Of a stretch of DNA of 58,585 nucleotides, positions 15,316 through 23,963 are shown piece by piece. The position numbers were made by a program, and so were the translations under genes. The DNA lies in the IMG/VR virus record IMGVR_UViG_3300013280_000002, positions 1 through 58,585 of that record. One strand, 5' to 3'. The stretch's first letter is position 1; the number at the start of each line of letters is the position of its first letter. This stretch comes from a virus. A model generated the notes under the pieces. It was not told the origin of the DNA. It was given only the letters and a program-made list of their open reading frames with translations, and made no database searches.

Positions 15316-17762
15316 CCACACGCGCTCAGGCATGGGCGCGCCTTCCAGCTGAGCTCAAATACCTGCGCCAATGGTGTGTCGCTGGCGCTAACAAGGCTCC
15401 GCTGTCGGTCGGCCCTGACGGAAAACTATTCAACGCCTCTGTGACTCACCCGTCGCAGTGGATGGACTTCGAAACGGCTGCACAGGTAGCGTTCGCCAAC
15501 GGTTACGACATCGGGTTCGTGCTGCACGAGTCGGACCCTTACTCGTGCATAGACTTGGACGTCAAGGACGCCCAGAACTGCCCCGACAAGCCCGAACTCT
15601 GGACGACCCCTGACCAGTACGATCTATTCTATCGGATCATGCTGGGCTTCGACAGCTATGCGGAAGCATCGCGCAGCGGGAAGGGTCTGCATATATGGGT
15701 TCGCGGTAACATCGGGAAGGGTGTGCGTCGCGACGGCGTGGAGATCTACTCGCAAGAGCGGTTTATCATCTGCACCGGCAGCGTCGTTCAGGACAAGCCC
15801 GTTCGCGAGTGCCAGCCCATGCTGCTCAACATGGCGTCGCAGATGCGGCCCAAGGAACAGGCAGCTGACTTCGCGCTGGAAGAGCTTGCAGCGGATGAGG
15901 ACGATTGGTCTGTGCTGGTGCGCGCGGTGGGCGCGGCCAACTCGGACAAGTTCTGCGGGCTGTGGCTTGGGCAATGGGAGTCGATGGGCTTCCCGAGCCA
16001 ATCAGAAGCAGACCTTGCGCTCATGTCCATGCTCACTTTCTACAGCCCATCGAATGACCAGTGCCGACGGTTGTTCCGTGACTCTGCGCTGGGCAAGCGT
16101 GAGAAGTCCGTCAAGGACGACCGCTACCTCAACCGCACCCTGGCGACCATTCGTTCGCGTGAAGCACGGGAGAAGTCCGTCAATGCCAGCGCACTGGTAC
16201 AGGCGGCCGATACCATGCTGGAAGCGCGCAGGCTTGCCATGCAGGAGGTGCAGCGACTCCAGGGCGGTATGCCCGCGGCTGGTGCCCCACAGCAGCGCAC
16301 AGCGGTCCCGCTACACGTACAGGGGCGCGGTGACCCCGTACAGCTGAGTCAGCCCACCCCTGTCGCCGCTACCATGGCGGGCCCAGTGTCCATGGACGTC
16401 GTGCAAGCGGGTTCGAAGGGCTTACCCTGGCCGCCTGGGTTCGCTGGACGGATTGCGCAGTACATCTATCAGAGCGCACCGCGCCCCGTCAAGGAAGTCG
16501 CGATCGTTGCATCGCTGGGCCTGCTGGCGGGCTTGTGTGGTAAAGCCTGGCACATTCCGCAGTCCGGTCTGAACATGTATATCATTCTCGTGGCGCGTTC
16601 TGCTATCGGGAAAGAGGCGATGCACAGCGGGATCAGTTCGCTGATTCGTGCTTGCACCTCCAACATGCCCACGTTCCACAATTTCATCGACTTCACAGAC
16701 TTTGCGTCGGGCCCTGCACTTATCAAGGCGTGCGCCAACAATCCGTCGTTCGTGAATGTGTCGGGCGAGTGGGGGCGCAAGCTCAAGCGCTTGGCGCACG
16801 ACGACCGCGACGGGCCGCTCAGCACACTGCGAACGCAGATGACGAACCTGTATCAGAAGTCCGGCCCGCAATCCATTGTCGGGGGCATCGGGTATTCGAA
16901 CAAGGATAACAACATCGCGTCAATCAGCGGTGTGGCATACAGCATGATCGGTGAAACCACCCCGAGCACGTTCTACGAGGCGCTCACTGAGTCGATGATG
17001 GAAGACGGGTTCCTTTCCCGCTTCTTGATCATTGAGTATGACGGCGAGAGGCCTGCCTTGAACACATCGCAGGCCATGCACCCTGACGCCGCACTTCAGG
17101 ACGCGCTTGTCAAATTGGCGTTCCAGGCGCAGAATCTGATCGGTGGGCAGACGTCCCAGCCACTTGGGCGCACCGAGGAAGCTGCTCAAGTTATGTGGGC
17201 GTTCGAACAGGAGTGCGACCGTGAGATCAACAGCACGGACGACGAGTCTCGACGGCAAATGTGGAACCGTGCTGCGCTCAAGGTGCTGCGCACCGCGGGC
17301 CTGCTTGCAGTCGCGGATAATTGGATCAACCCTTGTGTCACGAAGGAGCATCTGGACTGGGCACTGGACGTGATTCGCAGAGACATCCTGATTATGAGCA
17401 GGCGCCTGGACACGGGTGACGTCGGTACAGGCGACACAGCGCGCGAACGCAAGCTCATGGCCTTGCTGCGTGACTACCTGACGAACACTCTACCCCCGAG
17501 TTACAAGGTGCCTGAGGAGATGCGACAGAACAGCATCGTTCCGCGAAGCTACCTCCAGATTCGTGTGTCGCGTGTGGCGTCGTATTACAACCATCGCGCG
17601 GGGCAGAACGCGGCGCTAGACCTTGCCATCCAATCTGCTGTGAATAACGGCTACCTCATGGAGGTGGATAAAGCGAAGGTCGCGGAGGCGTACAACTATC
17701 ACGGGCGCGCCTACAGAATCATTCGTCTGCCTGACTATGCAGCGCAGGCAAAGAAATCCTAA
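15312..17762 (+). CDS. bifunctional primase-polymerase / helicase-like replication protein
   Basis: ATG 15312 (ATGA overlap). Prim-pol motifs CIDLDVKD, GKGLHIWVRG and GVEIYSQERFIICTG. The C-terminal P-loop-like AIGKE region is reminiscent of DUF3987/D5. Confidence 0.8.
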   Translation: MTTRAQAWARLPAELKYLRQWCVAGANKAPLSVGPDGKLFNASVTHPSQWMDFETAAQVAFANGYDIGFVLHESDPYSCIDLDVKDAQNCPDKPELWTTPDQYDLFYRIMLGFDSYAEASRSGKGLHIWVRGNIGKGVRRDGVEIYSQERFIICTGSVVQDKPVRECQPMLLNMASQMRPKEQAADFALEELAADEDDWSVLVRAVGAANSDKFCGLWLGQWESMGFPSQSEADLALMSMLTFYSPSNDQCRRLFRDSALGKREKSVKDDRYLNRTLATIRSREAREKSVNASALVQAADTMLEARRLAMQEVQRLQGGMPAAGAPQQRTAVPLHVQGRGDPVQLSQPTPVAATMAGPVSMDVVQAGSKGLPWPPGFAGRIAQYIYQSAPRPVKEVAIVASLGLLAGLCGKAWHIPQSGLNMYIILVARSAIGKEAMHSGISSLIRACTSNMPTFHNFIDFTDFASGPALIKACANNPSFVNVSGEWGRKLKRLAHDDRDGPLSTLRTQMTNLYQKSGPQSIVGGIGYSNKDNNIASISGVAYSMIGETTPSTFYEALTESMMEDGFLSRFLIIEYDGERPALNTSQAMHPDAALQDALVKLAFQAQNLIGGQTSQPLGRTEEAAQVMWAFEQECDREINSTDDESRRQMWNRAALKVLRTAGLLAVADNWINPCVTKEHLDWALDVIRRDILIMSRRLDTGDVGTGDTARERKLMALLRDYLTNTLPPSYKVPEEMRQNSIVPRSYLQIRVSRVASYYNHRAGQNAALDLAIQSAVNNGYLMEVDKAKVAEAYNYHGRAYRIIRLPDYAAQAKKS

Positions 17763-17790
17763 GCCGATGCAAAATATCCAGAAAATGGGC

Positions 17791-17819
17791 TTGCCGGCTC
17801 GCGTTCGTTGCGTTACATT
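17791..17819 (+). promoter_or_regulatory. sigma70-like promoter TTGCCG-17-TACATT
   Basis: Intergenic region 17763..17857. Confidence 0.45.
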
Positions 17820-17857
17820 AACGCTCATGCAGTTCAACCACAGCACAGGAGAGTAAG

Positions 17858-18028
17858 ATGAGCCAGCAAGCTGCCAAGCGCCGCAGGACCCAAGCGAAGA
17901 TGAACTTCGCGCACATCCACCACACCAAGCGTCCGCACTACAAGAAGCGTATCCTGAGTGTGGCGGAATCCATCGCTCGCGAGCGCCGCATCGCCGCCCG
18001 CATCGCCGCATCGTCCAAGAAAAAGTGA
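17858..18028 (+). CDS. highly basic 56-aa protein
   Basis: MSQQAAKRRRTQAK...ARIAASSKKK with an AGGAGAG RBS. Too short to appear in the ORF track. Confidence 0.5.
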   Translation: MSQQAAKRRRTQAKMNFAHIHHTKRPHYKKRILSVAESIARERRIAARIAASSKKK

Positions 18029-18035
18029 GGGCAGT

Positions 18036-18518
18036 ATGAAACTCAATGTGAAAGCTCTTCACCCGGACGCCATCGTGCCGCAGTATGCGACCGTCGGCGC
18101 CGCGTGCTTCGACTTGCATGCGCTGATGTTCCCTGCGGACGAATCGTATGCTCACGTCAATCCTGGTACGCCAACCGTGATCCGTACTGGGCTGGCGTTC
18201 GAAATCCCCGACGGTTACGTGATGCTGATTTTCAGTCGCAGTGGCCACGGGTTCAAGAACGACATTCGCCTCGCTAACTGTGTCGGTGTCATTGACAGCG
18301 ACTACCGGGGCGAGGTGCAGGTCAAGCTCACCAATGACAACAGCGACGGCAATTTCCTCACGGTGAAGCATGGTGACCGCATTGCGCAAGCAATGATCGT
18401 CCCTGTGGAGCGTGTGGAGCTGGTGCAAGTCGATGAGCTGTCTTCCACCGAGCGCGGTGAAGGCGGGTTCGGCAGCACTGGCACCGAGCGCAAGTTCTTC
18501 GGCATGCCTCAGGAGTGA
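18036..18518 (+). CDS. dut: dUTPase
   Basis: Motifs GAACFDL, SRSG, GVIDSDYRGE, GDRIAQ and RGEGGFGSTG. Confidence 0.92.
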   Translation: MKLNVKALHPDAIVPQYATVGAACFDLHALMFPADESYAHVNPGTPTVIRTGLAFEIPDGYVMLIFSRSGHGFKNDIRLANCVGVIDSDYRGEVQVKLTNDNSDGNFLTVKHGDRIAQAMIVPVERVELVQVDELSSTERGEGGFGSTGTERKFFGMPQE

Positions 18519-18526
18519 CCACAGCC

Positions 18527-18967
18527 ATGACGCTCATTCCCGAAAACCAAGTCACCCAGGCCGATCTGGCCGAGTGGTACAAGCTCCAGGAGGAGCTGAA
18601 GAAGGTCAAGGCACGCGAGATGCTTCTCCGCACCAAGATCTTCGGGTACTTCTTCTCATCCCCCGTGGAAGGAACGAACAGCTATGATCTTCCGGACGGC
18701 TATGTGCTCAAGGGTAAGCACACGATCAACCGTGAAGTGGATCCTGGCGCGTTCCAGGCGATGCGCGAACAGTTCTCCCAGGCCGGCATCCACCCCGACG
18801 CCATGGTCCAGTGGAAACCTTCGCTCAAGCTCAAAGAATACCGCGAGCTGACCGCCGAGCAGATCCAGCTCTTCGACCAGTGCCTGATCGTGAAGCCCGG
18901 TTCGCCTGCGCTGGAAATCGTGCTCCCGAAGAAACGTGCGGCAGCGGGGGGCACAAAATGCGGGTGA
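18527..18967 (+). CDS. hypothetical protein (replication/recombination module)
   Basis: ORF open from GTG 18515. ATG 18527 is preferred. Confidence 0.55.
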   Translation: MTLIPENQVTQADLAEWYKLQEELKKVKAREMLLRTKIFGYFFSSPVEGTNSYDLPDGYVLKGKHTINREVDPGAFQAMREQFSQAGIHPDAMVQWKPSLKLKEYRELTAEQIQLFDQCLIVKPGSPALEIVLPKKRAAAGGTKCG

Positions 18968-19425
18968 CCATAATCGCTGATGCGTCGTTCTGTCCTGACA
19001 CGAACGTCGCCGGTTATGGATATTGGATTGCATCCGAACGTGGCAAACAAGGTGGAGGCGGTGAAATGAAGTGCCGTGTAAAGGGTAACATCGCAGCAGA
19101 GATGCAAGCTGTAGTGAATGCCCTCTACATTGCGCACCGCCTCCAGCTTGTGCAGGCAGAGGACGAAGTTCTTATCCAGACTGACTGCATGGCTGCAATT
19201 GATGCGTTCGAGGGTAAGCGGAGGAATCTGCCTGCCCAGGAATGGGAAGCGGTGAAGGTACTTCGCCGCCTGCGTTCCGACCATAGCCTGAAAGTCGTGT
19301 TCCGGCATGTAAAGGGGCACACAGGCAAGAAGGAGGCGCGGTTCGTTACGAACAATCTCTGTGACAAGCGCGCCAAAGAAGCAATGAGAAGGGCTCGCGC
19401 CCGTGTTCAATTGGAGATGCAATGA
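18958..19425 (+). CDS. RNase H-like protein
   Basis: IIADAS, AEMQA, QTDC, KGHTG and CDKRAKEA follow the RNase HI D-E-D-(H)-D order. Confidence 0.75.
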   Translation: MRVTIIADASFCPDTNVAGYGYWIASERGKQGGGGEMKCRVKGNIAAEMQAVVNALYIAHRLQLVQAEDEVLIQTDCMAAIDAFEGKRRNLPAQEWEAVKVLRRLRSDHSLKVVFRHVKGHTGKKEARFVTNNLCDKRAKEAMRRARARVQLEMQ

Positions 19426-20162
19426 ATCAACCGAATTACGAAGGCAAGGGCGCTATCGCTCTGGACGTGCTAGATCACGGGTTCGTGGCCCTGCGCAACA
19501 TGTCGGGCCCGAACCGTCGCCCGGACGCACCGTTCGACGCGGACGATATCGATCCGGCACAGTCCGCTCGTATGTCGTTTGACCAGATGGACAGTGACCG
19601 CACCCGCGACGCGGATCTGAAGTTGGCGGACTATCTGATGCGCAACTGGCACACCAGCCCGTTCGAGATGGTGGAGATCTGGCTGGAAATGAAGATGCCC
19701 ATCTTCGTCGCTCGACAGTTCGTGCGCCACCGCACCGCTACCATCAACGAGGTCAGCGGTCGCTATGTGCAGCTCCCGGCGGAGTGGTACATTCCGGAAT
19801 TCGTGGGCGGTAAGGCTGCCAACAAGAAGCAGGGGCAGGAAGACAACCTGGACAAGCCTACTCAGGAATGGTTCCGCCACATGCTGGATAGTCAGTGCGG
19901 GATATCCTATAACCTGTATCAGGAAGCTCTGGAACGCGGTGTCGCTGCTGAGCACGCGCGGACGCTGCTGCACCTCAACCACTATACGCACTGGCTCTGG
20001 AAGCAAGACCTGCATAACATGCTGAACTTCCTGCGCTTGCGCGACCACAGCCACGCGCAGATCGAGTCACAGCGCTACGCCCAGGCAGTTGATCGACTGT
20101 TGCGTCAGTACCTGCCGAACAGCATGGCGCTCTATGACAAGTATCGCCGTCTGGAGGGATAA
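19422..20162 (+). CDS. thyX: flavin-dependent thymidylate synthase ThyX
   Basis: RHRTATINEVS equals the ThyX signature RHR-X7-S, followed by GRY. Confidence 0.9.
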   Translation: MNQPNYEGKGAIALDVLDHGFVALRNMSGPNRRPDAPFDADDIDPAQSARMSFDQMDSDRTRDADLKLADYLMRNWHTSPFEMVEIWLEMKMPIFVARQFVRHRTATINEVSGRYVQLPAEWYIPEFVGGKAANKKQGQEDNLDKPTQEWFRHMLDSQCGISYNLYQEALERGVAAEHARTLLHLNHYTHWLWKQDLHNMLNFLRLRDHSHAQIESQRYAQAVDRLLRQYLPNSMALYDKYRRLEG

Positions 20163-21095
20163 ATGATCAAGCCTATGCTCGCTGAGGACTATGTCGAGTC
20201 CAAGATCCGATTTCCGGTATTGGCTCAACCGAAGATCGACGGTGTGCGGGCCTGCAACTTGGAGGGCGCCTTGACCGGGCGTTCTCTCAAAAAGCACGCC
20301 AACCGCTACACGACCGACTTCTACTCGCGCCCAGAGTATCTTGGCTTCGACGGGGAAATGGCTGCTGAGCACGAGTGCCACGCTGACCTGTGTCGTATTA
20401 CATCGAGCGCACTGAGTACCATCGAAGGCACCCCTTACACACTGTGGCATCTATTTGACTATATCACGCCGGATACCATCGGTCTGAAATACCACGAGCG
20501 CATGAGCAAGCTCAGGCACTACGTGGCGCAGCTTGCCGGCGTAGGCCACGATCGACTCCGCGTCATCCCTACCTACCAGGCGAACAACTTGGAGGGGCTG
20601 CTGCACCTGGATGACATGTGGTTAGACATGGGGTACGAAGGCACCATCATTCGAGACCCTGAAGGTCTCTACAAGCAAGGCCGCAGCACCGTCCGCGAGG
20701 GTGGCCTGCTGCGCATCAAGCGGTTCATTGAAGAGGAAGCTGTCGTCGTGTCCGTTACAGAAGGGCAGACAAACCTCAATGAAGCACAGACCAATGAACT
20801 CGGCCTGACTGAACGCTCTACGCATCAAGCCAACATGGTTCCGAACGGAATGGTAGGCTCCATGGAATGCAGGGTGCTGAAGACCGTCAAAGACCGCGAT
20901 AAGGTGCTGTTCGAGAAAGACCAGATTATCACGGTCGGTGCTGGGCGTATGACCCATGACGACCGCCTGCGCTACTTCAAGAATCAATCCTTGCTGTTGG
21001 GGCAGACGATCAAATTCAAGACCTTTCCAAAGGGCGTGAAAGACAAGCCCCGTTTCCCGACCTTCCAGACTATCCGTGCAACCAGTGATCTCTAA
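20163..21095 (+). CDS. lig: ATP-dependent DNA ligase
   Basis: Adenylation motif QPKIDGVRA, plus EGTIIRDP and LLRIKRF. Confidence 0.88.
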   Translation: MIKPMLAEDYVESKIRFPVLAQPKIDGVRACNLEGALTGRSLKKHANRYTTDFYSRPEYLGFDGEMAAEHECHADLCRITSSALSTIEGTPYTLWHLFDYITPDTIGLKYHERMSKLRHYVAQLAGVGHDRLRVIPTYQANNLEGLLHLDDMWLDMGYEGTIIRDPEGLYKQGRSTVREGGLLRIKRFIEEEAVVVSVTEGQTNLNEAQTNELGLTERSTHQANMVPNGMVGSMECRVLKTVKDRDKVLFEKDQIITVGAGRMTHDDRLRYFKNQSLLLGQTIKFKTFPKGVKDKPRFPTFQTIRATSDL

Positions 21096-21106
21096 GGAGA
21101 AGTGAA

Positions 21107-21262
21107 ATGAAACGTATCGGGGTGAAGAAAACCGCTTATGTGATGACAGGAGGGCCCATGGACGGTCAGACATTGTATCTGTCCAGCCCGGGAACCCTGT
21201 CTTTCAGCTTGCATGGGCAGACTGGGCACTATGACTCTGAGAATGTGTGGGTGCCCGCATGA
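21107..21262 (+). CDS. hypothetical 51-aa protein
   Basis: AAGGAGA RBS. The stop overlaps the next ATG (ATGA). Confidence 0.45.
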   Translation: MKRIGVKKTAYVMTGGPMDGQTLYLSSPGTLSFSLHGQTGHYDSENVWVPA

Positions 21263-22149
21263 AAGAAGCCTACATCGACGCTCCGCGGTTTCACAAGGCG
21301 TCGCTCAAGCTGATTGCACTCTGTGATGAAATCGTCACGGACTACAATGGGCAGGGATACCGGCTGACGATCCGCCAGCTTTACTACCAGCTCGTGGCGC
21401 GTGGGCATATCGAGAACACCGTGCGCAGTTATGACAACATCGTCGCCCTGATGACGAATGCTCGGCTCGCCGGTCTTATCGACTGGGACGCTATCGAAGA
21501 CCGCACGCGCGGCATCCTGGAGCGCTCGCACTGGTCCAGCGGTAGCGACATTCTGCAAGCGTGCGCGCAGAGCTATCACGAAGATCTGTGGTCGGATCAA
21601 CCGAATCGCGTCATCGTCGTGGTGGAGAAGGAAGCGCTGGCAGGCGTGCTGGAGCGCACCTGCAAGGAATGGGATGTTCCGCTCCTTCCTGCTCGCGGAT
21701 ATCCTAGCGCCACCACGTTGCGCGAGCTGGCCAAGACCCGTATAATGCGGGCAAGCCAGGAAATTGTGGTCTTGCACCTTGGAGACCATGACCCTAGCGG
21801 CATCGACATGTCGCGCGACCTGCACGAACGTCTCGAGCTGTTCAGCAGGCACCGCGTGAGCATTGACTTCCGCAGGCTGGCCTTGAACATGGATCAGGTT
21901 GAGGAGCAGAACCCTCCACCGAACCCTGCCAAGGTCACTGACAGCCGTTATGAGTCCTATCGGGCGCAGTACGGTGAGGAAAGCTGGGAGCTCGATGCGC
22001 TCAGCCCGCAATATCTGCATCGTCTCGTGAGCAAAGAAGTTGAAAGTCTGGTAGAGTTCAGCCTTTGGAACGAACGCTGCAAGGAAGTTGAAGAAGTACG
22101 GGGTCGGCTGCAAAAGCTCGCCGACGAGTTTGACAAAGGAGAAGGCTGA
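21259..22149 (+). CDS. stand-alone Spo11/Topo VI subunit A-like protein (winged-helix Tyr + Toprim)
   Basis: TIRQLYYQLVARG (5Y-CAP-like YY), VVVEKEA (Toprim Glu) and LGDHDPSGIDM (DxD). Confidence 0.65.
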   Translation: MKEAYIDAPRFHKASLKLIALCDEIVTDYNGQGYRLTIRQLYYQLVARGHIENTVRSYDNIVALMTNARLAGLIDWDAIEDRTRGILERSHWSSGSDILQACAQSYHEDLWSDQPNRVIVVVEKEALAGVLERTCKEWDVPLLPARGYPSATTLRELAKTRIMRASQEIVVLHLGDHDPSGIDMSRDLHERLELFSRHRVSIDFRRLALNMDQVEEQNPPPNPAKVTDSRYESYRAQYGEESWELDALSPQYLHRLVSKEVESLVEFSLWNERCKEVEEVRGRLQKLADEFDKGEG

Positions 22150-22874
22150 TGGCTTTGCAATTCACCACAGCTGAGCAGGCGTCACAGCTCTCCGGAGTGA
22201 AGACGCTGGTCTATGGTGGCGCGGGTATGGGTAAGACGGTTCTGTCCGCCACCCTGCCTGCCCCTGTGCTGATCAGCGCCGAGTCCGGTGTGCTGTCGCT
22301 CCGCAAGGCTAACCTGGAGCGCCTGTTCGGTGTGGGCAATCCGAACATCTGTTACAACATGCCCATCATCACCGTGACGAACGTGCAAGACCTGACGGAC
22401 GCCTATGAGTGGTGTGCTCGAAGCGCGGAAGCGAAGCAATTCGCAAGCGTCGGCCTGGACAGCATTTCCGAGATTGCTGAGGTCGTGCTCAACAATGCCA
22501 AGCGGCAGGTCAAGGACCCGCGCCAGGCCTACGGTGAGCTGATCGAGAAGATGGAGACGCTGATCCGCCTGTTCCGAGACCTGCCCGGGAAGAACGTCTA
22601 TGTGGCTGCGAAGATGGAGCCCATGAAGGACGAGATGACTGGTGTGGTCAAGTACGGCCCATCGATGCCCGGCTCCAAGCTGGGTTCGAAGATCCCGTAT
22701 TTCTTCGATGAAGTATTCCGCCTTGGTGTCAATAAGACACCACAGGGTGAAACCTATCGATTCTTGCAGACTCAACCCGATCTGCAGTTCGAAGCAAAGG
22801 ATCGGAGTGGCGCACTCGCTCCGTTGGAACCTCCTTTCCTCAGTGCGTGTTTTGCCAAAATCCTAGGAGCTTAA
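22149..22874 (+). CDS. Sak4-like RecA-fold ATPase (single-strand annealing/recombination)
   Basis: Walker A YGGAGMGKT and Walker B-like SVGLDSISE. Lies next to the DUF669 gene. Confidence 0.7.
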   Translation: MALQFTTAEQASQLSGVKTLVYGGAGMGKTVLSATLPAPVLISAESGVLSLRKANLERLFGVGNPNICYNMPIITVTNVQDLTDAYEWCARSAEAKQFASVGLDSISEIAEVVLNNAKRQVKDPRQAYGELIEKMETLIRLFRDLPGKNVYVAAKMEPMKDEMTGVVKYGPSMPGSKLGSKIPYFFDEVFRLGVNKTPQGETYRFLQTQPDLQFEAKDRSGALAPLEPPFLSACFAKILGA

Positions 22875-22879
22875 AAGCC

Positions 22880-23683
22880 ATGGCACAATTGAACTTTGAT
22901 GCAACAAAAGTCGCCCCCGAGATGGGGTTCGAAACCGTCCCCGCGGGCTGGTACAACGCGATGATCGACGAGTCGGAGATGAAGCCGACCAAGGACGGCT
23001 CCGGTGCTTACCTCGAGACCCGCTTCAACATCATCGACGGCCAGTACGCCAACCGCAAGATCTACATGCGCCTGAACCTGCGTAACACCAATCCGGTGGC
23101 CCAGGAATTCGCCTACAAGCAACTGTCGGCGATCGCGCACGCTGTCGGCGTTCTGCACGTCCAGGACTCCAGCCAGCTGCACGGCCTGCCCATGAAGATC
23201 AAGGTGAAGCTCCGCAAGGACACCTCCGGTCAGTACGAGGACTCCAACGAGATCAGCTCGATCAAGAACATCAACGAGCAGGTCGATATGGGCTCCCAGG
23301 CTGCCTCCCCGGCAGGTGGCTTCGGCGGTGCGCCGGCCGGTGGCATGCCTCCGGGCTTCGGTGCTCCGCAGCAAGCTCCGGTTCAGCAGCCCCAGCAACA
23401 GTGGCAGCAGCCGCAGAACTTCGGCCAGGCACCCCAGCAGGCTCCCGCACCGCAAGCCGCTCCGCAGCAGCCGTGGCAGCAAGCACCGGCCCCGCAACAG
23501 GCACCCCAGCCGCAACAGGCCCCGGCGCAAGCTGCACCGCCCCAGCAACCCTGGCAGCAGCCCGCAGCGGCCCAGCCCTGGCAGCAAGCGCCCCAGCAAG
23601 CCGCTCCGGCACCCCAGCAGGCAGCGCCGGCGGGTTTCAATCCGCAGACCGCCACCCCGCCCTGGGCTCAACCTCAGCAGTAA
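22880..23683 (+). CDS. DUF669-type ssDNA-binding-like protein with a long P/Q/A/W-rich tail
   Basis: N-terminus FETVPAGWYNAMIDESEMKPTKDGSGAYLETRFNIIDGQYANRKIY. The last ~120 aa are low-complexity with WQQ(P/A) repeats. Confidence 0.7.
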   Translation: MAQLNFDATKVAPEMGFETVPAGWYNAMIDESEMKPTKDGSGAYLETRFNIIDGQYANRKIYMRLNLRNTNPVAQEFAYKQLSAIAHAVGVLHVQDSSQLHGLPMKIKVKLRKDTSGQYEDSNEISSIKNINEQVDMGSQAASPAGGFGGAPAGGMPPGFGAPQQAPVQQPQQQWQQPQNFGQAPQQAPAPQAAPQQPWQQAPAPQQAPQPQQAPAQAAPPQQPWQQPAAAQPWQQAPQQAAPAPQQAAPAGFNPQTATPPWAQPQQ

Positions 23684-23696
23684 GCTGATCAGCATG

Positions 23697-23729
23697 GAGG
23701 GCGCACTCGAAAGGGTGCGCCCTCTTTTT
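23697..23729 (+). terminator. rho-independent terminator
   Basis: GAGGGCGCAC-loop-GTGCGCCCTC followed by TTTTT. Confidence 0.8.
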
Positions 23730-23744
23730 CCGAGGGATGTGATA

Positions 23745-23936
23745 ATGGCAGATGATGCTGACCGCGCACTCAAAGACGCAGAAGTGCTGGATGAGGCGCA
23801 TATTCGGGAGGTAAGCGCAAGAGCGGCGAACATGCCCAAGGGTGTGCCTGGTATCTGCAAGCACTGTGACGAACACTTCGAACGACTGGTTGGCGGGCAC
23901 TGCGGACGGTGCCGGGACTTGCTCAAGCTCCCCTAA
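23745..23936 (+). CDS. TraR/DksA-type C4 zinc-finger protein
   Basis: CKHC...(x11)...CGRC. 63 aa. Confidence 0.65.
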   Translation: MADDADRALKDAEVLDEAHIREVSARAANMPKGVPGICKHCDEHFERLVGGHCGRCRDLLKLP

Positions 23937-23963
23937 GCCCTCTGAGTCATATAAGGAGGCGTG

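Noticed and set aside
19422-20162. The ThyX motif seemed atypical, with Thr where I first expected Ser (RHRTAT...).
   Set aside because: The canonical signature is RHR-X7-S, and RHR-TATINEV-S satisfies it. Nothing is unusual here.
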